From: Squalus acanthias
Taxonomy: Eukaryota
DNA length: 64,000 nt
Assembly: GCA_030390025.1 (NCBI GenBank)
Contig: CM059432.1
Span: 108,626,001-108,690,000, forward strand
Direction: 5' to 3'
Shown here: positions 48,948 to 62,392 of the stretch, one piece after another
Layout of the letters: each line of letters opens with the position of its first letter
Position numbering within the stretch: the first letter of the stretch is position 1
Program-made: the position numbers and the translations under genes
The notes under the pieces: generated by a model
The model's input: only the letters and a program-made list of their open reading frames with translations
Told to the model about the DNA's origin: nothing
The model's database searches: none

Positions 48948-49256
48948 TCAGGTTTTCTTCAGCGGCAGCAGGGGCCTGAATGTTGGACAGGGCCCTGTCC
49001 GGCAATATAGTGACCCCTCCCAGTAACCTGTTCCGCTCTTTGTCATTGCGGGTGGCAGGGAATTAACCTGGTCTTTGTCTTGTTCTGGGTTACCCGTCAG
49101 CTCCAGGATCTCGTCGGTCAGGTACTCGAGGGCAGCGGCCAGATACACGGGAGCTTCGGCCCCAACACGCTCAGCGTCAGTGACGCTTGCACAGTGGCCA
49201 GTGAATGCAGCCAACAGTGAACCGAAGCCTGGTCTGGATGAACTGCTCTTGCCCAT
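48948..49256 (-). pseudogene. H2A: Histone H2A pseudogene
   Basis: [42 protein letters not shown]; frameshifts and deletions; N-tail missing. Confidence 0.88.
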
Positions 49257-49489
49257 CCCACAGTTAAATCACCTCTCATCTGACTACGGATGGCCAGCCT
49301 AGTATGGGAGTATTTGGAGCACCAACCCCTTCAGTCAAGCTCCTACTAAAAACATGCTTTAAATCACATCATGTCTGGGTACTATATAAGAAAAAAAAGA
49401 CTGCAGAATCTTGAACTGTGACATTTTAAACCTTGGATCTTATATACTTATTTTTGCACAGCTTCATCAACTTCTCCCACTTCTGAAGA

Positions 49490-49830
49490 TTTGTGTATCT
49501 GAACTCCTCTCTCCTCCCCTACTCCTTTCAAACTTTTACTGCTTAGTCTATATGTCCACTCCTTATTCTTCCTCCCACTATGTCTCTGCATTAAATTTCA
49601 AATGACATCTATCTGCCCAATCTGCTAACTTGTCTACCTCCTCCTGCAATGACTTAAATTCCTCTTCACAGTTAACCATGCTTCCCACTTTTTGTGCATT
49701 CTGGAAATTTTGGTAAAGTGCCCCCTCTACCAGAGTCCAGATTATTTATATATAAATTACGAAGAGCAATGATCCCAACACTAACACTTGGGGGGAACAC
49801 CACTCCCTCAGTCCAAAAAACATTCAAAAC
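49490..49830 (-). mobile_element. Very old CR1 fragment
   Basis: gtgttgggatcattgctctt..ttgcaggaggaggtagacaagttagcagattgggcagatag on the minus strand. Confidence 0.6.
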
Positions 49831-50284
49831 CCATTAATGGAACATTATTACAGGTGTGTGCTGATTATTAACTTTTAAGATGTTGTTATTCCTACTGAGT
49901 CTTACTGCCCAAAATCTCCTGTTTAAAAATCATGCCATTTTGGCAGAGAACTCTTAAAAGGATTATTAACTCTCACAGAATCTTATATCAGAGAAGGAGG
50001 TTGATCAGCCCATCACGCCTGCACAACTCTTTGAAAGAGCTATCCAATTAGTTCCACTCCCCCTCTCGTTACGAAACAGAGAGGGAAATAATAGCCCATC
50101 ATTGGTACTTTACAACTGGATTAGTCAAATATCTGTTGAATGGGTGTGCTGCTAAAGTCACCCTGAGGAGGCAAATAAATTCCTTCATCAGGTGTCATGC
50201 ACGGCTTCAATTAACGAGATTACAGCTCATATTGAATAAAATCTGTTGCAGTGGGAAGAAGTCTCCCAGTGGGAAGAAGTCTTT

Positions 50285-52855
50285 GGGCTAGAAATTCATG
50301 CACTTACCACCACTCTGTAGCTCTTTGATGGCTGCTGCTCTTTCACCAGCTGGTGGCGGGTCCCGCGGTGGCCGCCATTTTCCTTCCTCCCTTTGTGCTG
50401 CTGGTAATTGGCAGCGCCCTGGAGGAAAAAAAAGTCAGCGTGGTGACATCAATCGACGTGCAGCGCCAACTTAATGTCACCACTCTGAACATTTACCCGT
50501 GGAGGCGGGTTTGGAGGCATGTGGGGGGTTAAAATTGCGAAAACTGGCGGGTGGGCACAAGTCCGCCTCCATCCCGCCTCCACGCAATTTTCATTAAATC
50601 GTGGCTGCTGGTCCCGACTCCGTCCCGCCTTTAAGAGGCGGGATAGGTTGTTAAGGCCGTTAACAAGCACTAAATTGGCTCTATAATGCCATTTTGAAAG
50701 GCCTTTGTGATTTTAACCCTTGTTATACGTGAAGCACACCTGTTCTGAACCACGATTGTGAAACCTGGCAGGAGCACATTTGGATATGGATAGTTGACGC
50801 TGGCTGGCTATGGGGATGGATGTATATATGGATGGATGGAGAGGAGACATATCTGGGAGTGGTGGTGTAAAAATATCTGGGCGCAGACTTAGGACTGCTG
50901 CTGCTCATTTTGCAGGTCCTCTCACAGCAAAGGCCAGGCAGTGTTTGAAGACCTTCAATGCAGCGGCAACGATGACATCATCAGAGGCGACTTTCAGACT
51001 GAAAACACTAATTTGTTCATGGGTTCCCACATGCTGGAACTCAATTGCCCAATTAGGTGAAAATTGCATCAATCTCCCACATCCAATTGCAGTCGGGTGG
51101 ATAACACGAAAAGTGGATGACACGACCCCAACCCGCCCCAGTATCAAAATTCAGCCCCATGTCTCAGGTCAAGATGCTACATGACCAGCTGAGTATTTAC
51201 AGCACTTTATGCTGTTATTTCAGAGTTAGAGCATCCGCTCGCAGAGGGAATAGGAAGACACAGAAGAAGCAGAACCTGAAGAGGAGGAAGTAGAAGGAAG
51301 GATGCAACCCAGACAACCCCTTTCTGGTCGGGATATCTGGGATGGAATCATCCGCCTGTGGTACCAATGACCACAACCCCAATTCCCCTTTTCACATTTG
51401 TCCCATGCCTTACCTTCCCTCTGTTACCCACAGCGTCCTCTAGGTCACAATGCTGAAATAAAAGCCACCACAAAACAAACCTTCCAATCCAACTTTATAC
51501 ATCTATCCATCCAATATGACATCAAGAAATCAACTCATCACCCTTATGCATTCTCTTAGTGACTGTCTTGTGTGTGCCTTTGCCTATCCTGTTGATGTCA
51601 CGCAGTGCTACCCCAGTGGCTGCAGCATGGCTGGTGGAAGGCTGCTGACTTTCAGTGGGGGACACTGGAAATGGACTTGCTGGTCAATCTTGAGGAGCTG
51701 GTGACTGGGAGTGTCAAATCAAGTGACAATGTTTCTTCTTCTTCTTCTTCCTCCTCTTCTTCACTCTCCTCTCCCTCTTCTTGGTCAACCGCGGGCTGGA
51801 CAGGCTGCATTTCTTGGGTGTGTGAAATGAGGAAGGCACAAGGGTGGAGTTGTGATGAGGGGAGGGTGGGAAAGCAAGAGTTGCATGCCAGAAGGAGGAT
51901 AACGTATGAGGATACCAGCATCTTGTATCCTTTCAGCCCCACTGCTGGCCAAGGGCTCAGCCATGCCCCTGCCAAGAATGGCCAGCACTGTCTCCTCCAA
52001 GGGGGTGAGGTGAAGCTAGGAATGGGAGATGTGCCTCGTGATTGGTGCAGATTGTTGGTAGGTGAGTGATTGGGGGTGGGGGTGTCGTGCAATGAGCAGT
52101 GTGTGAGGCTTGTGGTGCAGTTGGTAGGAGATGGCTTTTGAAGATGCATTCACTTACCTTGACCACTGGTCTGAGGTCATGAAGCTTTTTTTGGGCACTG
52201 GAGCCAGGTGGTGGGGGCGACACTGCTGGCAGTGATGGCCTCAGTGATGTAGTCCCACATCCTTCTTTCTGGAGGGCCTTAAAACCCCTGTGGGTAAAGG
52301 ACCTGTCTTGCAGTGTTGAACCCCTGCACAAAGCTGGACTTCTGCGTGCAAGACCCTGGGTGCCCCTTCCATGACTTGCTGAGCCATTTGCATTGGTGCT
52401 GAAGCAGTTTTCCCATTTTTTTGAGGTTCAGAAGGGAATTCAGCTTTAAGAGCTGAATAACCACATTTGGGACATCTTTCTAATGTTAATTTTTTTTGAA
52501 AGGCAGTAAGAGCTGAAAACTGCATTTTTTCACTGCATTTTTTTGTATTAGTTCTGAGTGCATTTCCCCTTTAATTCATAGCCCTTTTAATTGCCCACAA
52601 TTCCTTGCGAGCTCCACAGCCTCGCTCCCAGAGGCTGTGTGAAGCTCGAATGTCGACTGTGGATGGGAACTTCACCTCAGAGATCTCCACTAACGCCACC
52701 AGGAGGGTGTTGCACGGAAGGTTAGCGCTGCACCACCAATCTCCAGCCCACCAGATGAATTTATTGCCCTTAGTGTTGCGGCCATTTTCAGCGGCTGTTA
52801 ACTCCAGTTGCCGATGGCACCAGCAACTTTTATGGCGAACACGAATTTCTATGCC
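50285..52855 (+). mobile_element. Deleted Harbinger related to family B
   Basis: TIRs GGGCTAGAAATTCATG / CACGAATTTCTATGCC; TSD TTT; 51240-51670 matches 11140-11570; Myb remnants on minus to ~52390. Confidence 0.85.
50485..51157 (+). mobile_element. Non-autonomous derivative of Harbinger family A nested in the above
   Basis: Left part matches 615-820, right part matches 4530-4710; ends AAAATTCAGCCC. Confidence 0.75.
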
Positions 52856-54339
52856 TTTATCTTTTCCAGGGGAATCAGTTGGAATTTGCCGTTGGAAGTC
52901 ATGGTGTAATGGCAGCTACTCTGCAACACCTGGGACTGAAACATATACAGTTCAAGGGATAAATAATAACCCACAGAAACTGATGCAGATAGCCCAGATA
53001 TTGCATCAACCGGTGTGGTATTGTTCTGGATGCTTATTCTAAAAGTCTGCAGGGAAATTTGGTTCCAAAGATTTCAATATCAATAAACAGATTATGTGGT
53101 TCAACAATGTGCATTTGAGGTTGAGGAAATTAAATGGGATAAATTCCCATGGTATTTTTTTTCTTAATTTTGTACATATCACAAGTGTTCTGAAGCTGAT
53201 ACTTTTGCATTTATTTATGGCATTTTTTGAATGTGTTATTACAAGCTCAATCAAAGTTACAGCAGTGGAAAAAATCCTTTTATAGCAATAAAGATTTATT
53301 ACATACAAGGAAGATTTATTTCCATTATCCAGTTGAAGTCTGATTCTCTAAGGTTTTGTAACAGGAATAAATGGAAAAATAAACTTTAAGGTATGTATCA
53401 CTGTGAATAACACATTCCATGATTCATTTAAGTGCATGACGGAAATCTCTGTGTATATTGTTACACAAATAGTGACTGTGTCAAGGGCACGATTGCTAAG
53501 GTCATTACCCTGAGGCTGTAGGATTGACTGTATCAAACAATGACTGTTGCTTTGGGCAATTGAAGTCAGTGTTTCTCTTCCTTTTATATTATACCCTTGA
53601 GCTAGATGCTGTGACCTACAGGGGAACAGTTAACATTAATAGCTAGCACTACTGATACATCACAAGGCAATCATTTTCACTTTGAGAGGATGGAAGGCTT
53701 TATAACTAATTAAATATTGTCTTCTAACCCACTTTATGTATAATTTTATGAGGGGTGTGCAGCAGTCAAATCTGGTGTAGGCCATTTGTGTGTCTTATTT
53801 AGGGTAAATTTCCTTATGAGAATGCAATGGCTATTAAAAATAATCAGATTGATTGACACACCGTACAAAGGCTCTTCCATCCACCCTTTCCATTTTGGAG
53901 TGGCATATTTTCTGCGGACAGTACTCAGTTCCAGAGTCTCAGCCACAAGAAACTGAGTGGAGACTGCACAATTCATTGCACACAGGACTGTCAGAACCAT
54001 CAGTTGGGACTGGATTTGAACTTAATGGCAAGAGAACAATTTGCTAAGCTACTGTGCCACTCAGTCCCTGAGGCTGTGTGCCCATCTCTCTTCAAATGAA
54101 TACATTTTCAATGGAAGAATTTCAGAATCGCTACACGATCTTCATTGGACCATGTAGCCAGTCAGCTTGGTAATGACCTTTAAACTCCAAAATTAGTTTC
54201 TGAAGCCATAAATGAAGTTACTTATAAGCTGATTGCAAGACATTCTTTCTGAGTTTTCATCAAGAAAGTACAATATGCATTCACTGCTTTAGATTATAAA
54301 TATAGAAGTTAGAAAGGCTAACTGTTTAATGCTTAAAAA

Positions 54340-54680
54340 TAAAATCATATAATCATACAGCACAAAAGGAGACCATTCAGCCCAACGTGTGTCTATTCCT
54401 GCTCCCCTGCTCTTTTCCCATAGTTCTGCAATTTTTTTCCTTTTCATGTATATGTCAAATTCCCTTTTGAAAATTACAATTGAATCTGCTTCCACCACCC
54501 TTTCAGGCAGTGCATTCCACATCGTAACAACTCGTTGTGTAAAACAAATTCTCTACATCTTACCCTTGGATTTTTTTCCAATTATCTTAAATCTGTGCCC
54601 TCTGGTTACCGACCCAACTGCCATTGGAAACAGTTTCTCTCTATCTACTCATCAAAACCCATCATGATTTTGAACTCAAT
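54340..54680 (-). mobile_element. CR1 3' fragment
   Basis: WNALPERVVEADSI..FKRE. Confidence 0.8.
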
Positions 54681-54771
54681 TGTTTTTTGTGATTTTGAAA
54701 TGTTTGGCATTTCCTTTACTTGTTCATGTTTTCCCTGATTTTGGATACATTTTCTGCAGGGGTGTCTCATT

Positions 54772-55534
54772 GGGCCAGAAATTCGGCTCTCCGGCTTCCC
54801 GCGGGTGCAAGGATCGCGCGTGTACTTACCTAGCGCGCCTGCCGTTGTGCTTCGGGCCCGCGTGAAATTCGGCTCCTGGGCCTCCTGCAGCTGCCGGCGC
54901 GCAGTGCTTGCGTATCCCAGGGGCGCAGTTAGTTCAAAGCGTCCCCTGGGATCACGTGGGCCATGGAGAGCCAATCGGAGCAGGGAATCTCCATTCATAG
55001 ATTTTGACAGGAAGACCTGTCAAATCTATGAATAGAGATCGGCCCCAAAACCTCACTAAAACTTCAAATAAATTTAAAAAAAACATATTTTTAAAATAAC
55101 TATAAATTACATAAATTAACTACTTTAAACAAAAATTTAAATTTTTGAAAAAATTAATTACACTTTTTAACGGTGCTAAAAATAAACTTACCTTTCTTTA
55201 AAGTATGTAAAAAAGATAAACCTGTTAAAAAAATGTTTAAATAGTACTTAATTAACTACTTACCTTGTTAAAAGCAGGCCTTGCGCCTCCTTTTTCCCCC
55301 ACGCAGCTTCTCCGTACTTACCCTCGCGGAGAAACCTGAAAAAAAAAATGAAGTTCGCTGCGTGCGCGCTGCCTCTCCGGCGCACGCGTTCAACCTCTGA
55401 ACCCCTTCCTTCAGAGGAACGGAAGTTCCGGTTTCCAGCGCATGCGCAGTGCATGTGCGAAACCGGCACTTTCGTTTGGTCTACGGGTGAGTACACAGCG
55501 CGTACTCACCCGTGGAGACCCGAATTTCTGGCCC
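54772..55534. mobile_element. MITE family C, diverged subfamily
   Basis: Perfect 15-bp TIR GGGCCAGAAATTCGG; TSD ATT. Confidence 0.93.
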
Positions 55535-55559
55535 ATTCTGTTTGTTGTTTCGTTGCTAT

Positions 55560-56265
55560 GGCTGGAATTTTTACGTTTGGGAGCAGGGGGGCCTGGTAGA
55601 GGGTGGGAAACTATGAAGTTCAGGTTTCCCCGTACGCTGTGGCGTTTTAACACCACAGCGTGCGTGTGACGTCACAGACAGATTCCCCATTTGTAATTCA
55701 GCCTGATTGACAGGCTGGCTTCCAGTCAGGTGGGGAACGCTGGAGAAGAGGCTGCAGCCCCAGGTAGGTGTGAGCCCCGACCCGGGGTGGCAGGGGGATC
55801 CGATCTCCAACCCCAGGGTGGTCCGATCCATGACCCCGGGGGGAGTGGGTCCGACCCCGACCCGGGTGGGGGGGTTTGTATGGGGGGGGGGGGGCTGATG
55901 GTGGGGGAGCTTGGGGGGACCGGGAAGAAGCACTCCTGCTCCTCTCGGCCCACAAGGATTACTCCCCATGGCTGTCCTCACCTCACTGCAGCTGCTGGGA
56001 ATCCCAAGACCCGGGAACCCTGGCCGCCAACAGTTAAACCGGCACAGCATGTTAAATCCGAGGCTTTCAGCCTCATTATAATATTTAAAGTCCCAACCCG
56101 CCTCCTGGGCCTGGGAGCAGGTTGGCTGCCCGCTCCCTGTCCCGCCTCCGTTAAAACTGGAAGTGGGTGGGTTAGATGTGGGTTGGGGTCGGGATTCAGA
56201 TTTTTAACACTTTAACCTCCCACCCGACCCCAACCCACTTGTTTTTTTAGGTTAAAATTCCCCCC
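55560..56265. mobile_element. GC-rich Harbinger-type MITE
   Basis: TIRs GGCTGGAATTTTTAC / GTTAAAATTCCCCCC; subterminal CCCGCC/CCCGACCC motifs; no clean TSD. Confidence 0.7.
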
Positions 56266-57642
56266 ATGTGACTGTACAGCTGTGCGCTGGTGAGTGCGCT
56301 CATTAGCGCAAATATCCAGAACACCCCCTGCTCATTTCTGCATCACAGCCATCAGTAGGCGGCTCGGTCCCTGGCCCCTTTGAGGATGCATGCTGCGTAC
56401 CACTGCTGAAATTTTAAACAGAGTTCTCATGAGCTGAACTGTCAAGGTCAGTGCCCATTCACCAGGAAAAGAGATTGTGTTATTTTAATAAACTATCTGC
56501 TGGTATAACTTAATGAGAAAGCAGGCAGCAAGTATTGTATCTGATTACTGACATAAAGGGCAGTTTGGTAATTTGCTGTTCTTTCCTTCTCCTGCACTAT
56601 CCTCAGCACCACTATCAACAGTAATGATTTTTTGTCAAGTTCAAAATGTCAGAGTAAATTGTCTTATAATCACATACTGTACATGGGCTGTGCCAACCTG
56701 CTGGAAAACCCTAGCATTTGAAATGAACTAGACACTTGCACTCAGAAAATCCCACCCCCACACTTTGACTGATGCTGTACTCCTTTGGAAAGGCTTAATA
56801 CGTTGCTTGGGTTGGGAAATCAAGAACACGAAAAAAGATAGAGGTAATTTTGAACGTATAAGTAAACATGAGTTATTGATTTTATTGACCACCCTGTTAA
56901 CTCAGTACAGCTTATTTATGTACAGAACCTACATACAGCATCAACTGTTTTCTTTTCAACTGAATATAATCACCATTCCAAATATAAATAAACTGGTAAT
57001 GAAATCGTCTGTCACTTGATGTCAAGATTTGGCTAATTTTCAGTTATAAAAATCAATTCATCTAACTAGACAATACTGTCACTTGATCAGCACCAACTTT
57101 AACAAAGATTGTCTCTGTATTTTGTTACAAATTCAGTTTTTATCAGGTCTTAATATGTTCCTGGCAGAGGAAGCAGCACTCCTTAATGAATCTTCCTAAG
57201 AAGGGTGGCAGCAGCTGATGTTTCTGAAGGACCTAATGTGGTGAGGTAACAGTTTGAAAAGGTTTTCACAGCACCTGATCAATTGTTTTTACATCTACTT
57301 GATACAAAAACAAAATTAGCCTGTAAGGAGGTACTCACTTTGTTTAGGCTAAACGAGTTTTGCAATTATTTAGTAACAGTCATGCTTTGAGACTCAGCTT
57401 TCCTCTCTGCATCCAGACAGAATGTTGTTCTTATTTTGGAGGCAATGCCTGCTGTATCTTCCTTGATGTGTGCCCTTGTTTTAAGCACTTGTGAAATTAA
57501 ACCTTTTTGGAGCAACGTGCTGTGCACCCCAATTTAACATTGTGGATTGCGGGCAGAAGGAACAAGAAGGAAATACAGGGTTGACTTGAAGTCCTTGAAG
57601 TGGCTGATGTTCAATGGTGCTGGTTCAAACTTGTAACCAGAC

Positions 57643-60600
57643 CAACTGGTTCACTAATGTCCTTCAGGGAAGGAGACCTGCTGTCTTTACCTGGTCTGGA
57701 CTATAGGTGACTCCAGTGGTTGACTCTAAACTGCCCTTTGAAGTGTCCTAGCAAGCCACTCAGTTGTATCAAACTGTTACAAAGAATAATAATAAAAAAA
57801 TTGGACAGAACACTCGGCTGCAACATCGGCATCAAATAAGGACACAGCAAAGGCACCATCAGCCCAGTCGATCATGCAAAGAAAGAAATTGCATTTATAT
57901 AGCACCTTTCATGAACTCAGGACATCCCAAAGTGCTTTACAGCCAGTGAAGTACTTTTGAAGTGTAGTCACTGTTGTAATGTAGGAAACACAGCAGCCAA
58001 TTTGTGCACAGCAAGGTGATAATGACCAGATAATCTGGTTTTTTTAAGTGATGTTGGATGATGGATAAATATTTATCTGGAGAGAACGCCCTTGCTCTTC
58101 TTTGAAATAGTGCAATGGGATCTTTGACATACACCTGAGAGGGCAGGCGGGGCTTCGGTTTAACGTCTCATCGGAAAGACGGCACTTCTGACAGTGCAGC
58201 ACTCCCTCAGTATTGCACTGATGTGTCTAGAGTGGGACCTGAACCCACAACCGTCTGGCACAGAAGCGAGAGTGCTACCACTGAGCCACAGCTGACACCT
58301 TAAAGTTCTCTTCACTAACATCTGGGGACAGGTGCCAAAGTTGGTAGAGCTATTGCACAGACAACTCAAGCAACAGCCTGACATAGTCATACTCACAGAA
58401 ATGTAGCTATCAGCCAACGTCCCACACTCCTCCATCACCATCCCTGGGTATGTTCTGTACCACCGGTGGGACAGACCCACTGGAGATGGGGGCATAGCGG
58501 TATATAGCTGAGTGGGAGTAGCCCTGGGAGTTTCAACATTGACTCTGGACCCCATGAAGTCACAAGAAACATAGGCAAGGAAACCTCCTGCTGATTACCA
58601 GCTACTGCCCTCCCTCAGTTGATAAATCAGTACTCCTCCATATTTAAAACCACTTGGAGGAAGCACTAAGGGTAGCAAGAGCACAGAATATACTCTGGGT
58701 GGGGGACTTCAATGTCCATCACCAAGAGTGGCTCAGCAGTACCACCACTGACCGATCTGACCGAGTCCTGAGGACATAGCTGCTAGACTGGGCCTGCAGC
58801 TGGTGGTGAGAAAACCTACTTGACCTCGTTCTCACCAATCTACCTGTCGCAGATGCATCTGCCCAGGATGGTATTGGTAGGAGTGACCACCACACATCTT
58901 TATAGAAATCAAGTCCCATCTTCACACTGAGAACACATTCATCGTGTTGTGTGGCACTACTACCGTGCTAACTGGGATAGATTAAGAACAGATCTAGCAA
59001 CTCCAAACTGGGTATCCATGAGGTGCTGTGGCCCATCAGTAGCAGCAGAATTGTATTCCACCACAATCTGTAACCTCATGGCCCGGCATATCCCTCACTC
59101 CTCCATCATCATCAAGCCAGATGAGCAACCCTGGTTCAATAAGGGTTGCAGAGGCAGAGCCAGGCGTACCTGAATATTAGGTGCTGACCTGGTGAAGTTA
59201 CAACACAGGACTACATGCATGCTAAACAGCGGAAGTGGCATGCTATAGATGTAGCTCAGCAATCCCACAACAACAAATCAGGTCAAAGCTCTGCAGTCCT
59301 GCCACATCCAGTCGTGAATGGTGGTTAACAATTAAGCAACTAATGGGAGGAGGAAACTCCATGAAAATCCCCATCCTCAATGATGGTGGATCCCAGCACC
59401 TGAGTGCAAAAGTCAAGGCTGAAACATTCAAAACCATCCTCAGCCATAAGTGCAAGTGGATGATCTTTCTCAGCCTCCCCGAGGTCCCCACCATCACAGG
59501 TGCCAGTCTTCAGCCAATTCAATTCACTCCACGTGATATCAAGAAATGGCTGAGTATACTGGACACACCAAAGGTTATGGGCCCCAACAACATCCCAGCT
59601 ACACTGCTGAAGACCTGTGCTCTAGAACTAGCCGCACCTCTAGCCAAGCTGTTCCATTACAGCTACAACACTGGCATCAACCCAACAGGAAATTTGTTCA
59701 CATAAAGCAGGACAAATCCAACCCGGCTAATTGCTGCCGTATCAACCTACTCTCAATCACCAGCAAAGTGATGGAAGCAGTTGTCAACAGTGCTATCAAG
59801 TGGCACTTACTTACCAATAACCTGCTTGTGTTTCACCAGGACTACTCGGCTCCAGACCTCAATGCAGCCTTGGTCCAAACATGGACACGAGCTGAATTCC
59901 AGAGGTGAGGTGAGAGTGACTGCCCTTGACATCAAGGCAGCATTTGACTGCATGTGGCACCAAGGAGCCCGAGTAAAACTGAAGTCAATGATGATCAGGG
60001 CTAGAGTCATACCTGGCACAAAGGAAGATGTTTGTGCTTGTTGGAGATGAATCATCTGAGCCCCAGGACATCACTGCAGGAGTTCCTTCAGGGCAGCATC
60101 CTAGGCCCAACTATCTTCAGCTGCTTCATCAGTGACTTTCCCCCATTATAAGGACAGAAATGGGGCTGTTTGCTGATGATTGTCCAATGGTCAGCTCCAT
60201 TCACAATTCCATAGATAATGATAAATGGCAAGTAATATTCACACTACATAAATACCAGGCAAGGACCATCTCCAACAAAATATAGTCTTAGCGCCTCCCC
60301 TTACATTCAATGGCATGCCCATCGTCAAATTCCCCCACCATTGATCAGAAACTCAACTAGTCAAGCCACATACTCCAGTAGCTACTAGAGCTGGTCAGAG
60401 GCTGGGTCACATACCTCACCTCCTGACTCCCCAAATACTTTGCACCACCTACCATGCACAAGTCAGGAGTGTGAAGCAATACATCTCCACGTGCCTGTAT
60501 GGGTGCAGCAGCAACATCACTAAAGAAGCTCAACATCCTCCAGTACAAAGCAGTCCACTTGATTGGCAACCCATCCACGACCTTAAACACCCACTCCCTC

Positions 60601-60700
60601 CACAACCGGCGTACCGTCGCTGTAGTAAGTACTATCTACAGGATGCATTGCAGCAAGTGATCAAGGCTTCTTTGGCAGAACCTCCCAAACCCAGCGACTT
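57643..60700 (+). mobile_element. Second, more decayed copy of the tRNA-headed single-ORF LINE (head and 3' end lost)
   Basis: Collinear with 11884-15102: leader ctggttcactaatgtcc.., TNIWG..QQPDIVILTE, GDFNVHH, LDIKAAFD, FADD. Confidence 0.9.
57881..58297 (-). mobile_element. Full-length Deu-domain SINE inserted in the LINE
   Basis: GTCAGCTGTGGCTCAGTGGTAGCACTC head; GATGAGACGTTAAACCGA core; AAAG duplicated. Confidence 0.88.
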
Positions 60701-61259
60701 TGCACAATTGCAGTTTGCACCACACTGCAGACTGTTGGTGGGGCACTGTAGCTCTGCTGTTTTCGAGGCGTGTTTTGTGCATGCTGTCTGTGACATATGC
60801 TGCATGTGACAGTGATTTCCATAGATATATTGCTGTCAAACACCCGTTGAGTAATAGTGCACATCCTATGACATCATTTCAGCACTTCGCATGTTCTAGA
60901 TCAGAGCACACCTTCATACATGGCAACCTAGAAAACTAGCAGAAGCTGACCAACAACTACAAACAAAAACAGCACAGGCCTGCAAAATAACAGTTCCGAT
61001 TATTAGACTATGATATGTGGAAACAAATAGTTACACAGGCTTTGTAGCTTAATCTGTCGTTCTACTTAACATTCCCTCGCTCACATTGGAAGAAAAAAAA
61101 TCAAAATGTTTAAGTGCTTTTACACTTCACAATTAATAGATTCTAATCATAAAAATAAAGGAAAAATGAAGTGACATTTGGATTTTCAAAAGACTAACCA
61201 GACCATCACATCCCTTTAAAGTTACCTCAAAGTCAACAGTCATTCTCTCACACCCAACC

Positions 61260-61625
61260 ACCCCACTCCCCCCTCACTAGTTCACAATGGCATTCTACCT
61301 CATCCAACTCCCACCTTTGCACTCTTTTCCCCCTCCCAGTTCACAGTGGCACTCTTGCCTCACGCTTTCAGTTCAACGTGGCACAGTTCTTCCCCTGCAA
61401 CCCTGGTCAAACTGGCACATTTTCTCTCCCCCAAGTAATGTTGGCACTATTTCCTCCCCCCACCCCATTAATGCTCTTTATCAACATCATTTATGCTGGC
61501 ATTTCCCCTTCGTGTTAATACTGTCACCCTTTCTCTACCCCACCCCCCAATCAATTAATGTTGACACCCTTTCTCCAACTCCCAATCAGTTAATGTTGCC
61601 ACTATGTAGCAGCCACAATCACTCC
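61260..61625. repeat. Degenerate C-rich tandem repeat (~30-35-bp unit)
   Basis: Recurrent AGTTCACA.TGGCAC / TTAATGTTG.CAC followed by pyrimidine tracts. Confidence 0.55.
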
Positions 61626-62392
61626 AACTAGTAGCAGGACTTGTACCAGAGTGGTGTTGGGGGGTTGCAAGAGGAGCCCATTCCATGCTGATTTTGTCAG
61701 CGGATATTTCCAGCAGGTTTGAAACGCTTTCAGCGTGAAACACTCATGTTTGACAGGTATGCACCTTGAAAATACATTAGAAACATCAAGGTGGTGTTAT
61801 GATGCTCAGAAAAGTAACTTCCAAAAAGATTCACTACTTTATATCTCTTTCGAAGAATAATTTTAGTGAATTTAAAGATGTGGGGCTCGATTTTACCAGC
61901 CTGAGGAGGCGGGTTTGGAGGCGGGTCAGGTGGTAAAATGGCTAAAAATGGCGGCGGGTTCCGATCCCGCCGTCAACCCGCCTCCATACAACTTTTCCAA
62001 AGGTGGGCTTGCAGACTCCCGTTCAGTCCCGCCGCGGCCCTTAAAGCAGTTAACTGCTTGTTAACTGCCTGTGTAATCCTATTTTGCCTGCCCTTTTAAA
62101 TTTTACCACATTTTCAGCGTGTTCCATGCCATTCTCAAACCACGCCAGCTAATGTGTCGGGTTCACAAGTGGCTGCCTTCTTGACAGCTGCAGCTCCAGC
62201 ATAAAAACGGAGCTCTCAACAAGGATCAGTTGCAGGTGGCAGAACTTTGTTTTTTCAGGTCTTGGAAAACTTTTTGCAGGTTTACTGATCTTGGAAGTGG
62301 TGAGGCTGGGATCCATCTCCACTGTCACCTCCTGGGAAACCCTCTCCCCACATTGACTGAGCGCTTCCTCAACTGAGGTATATACCAGCAGC

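Noticed and set aside
55571..56215. Overlapping Pro/Gly-rich ORFs
   Set aside because: A by-product of the GC-rich interior of a MITE.
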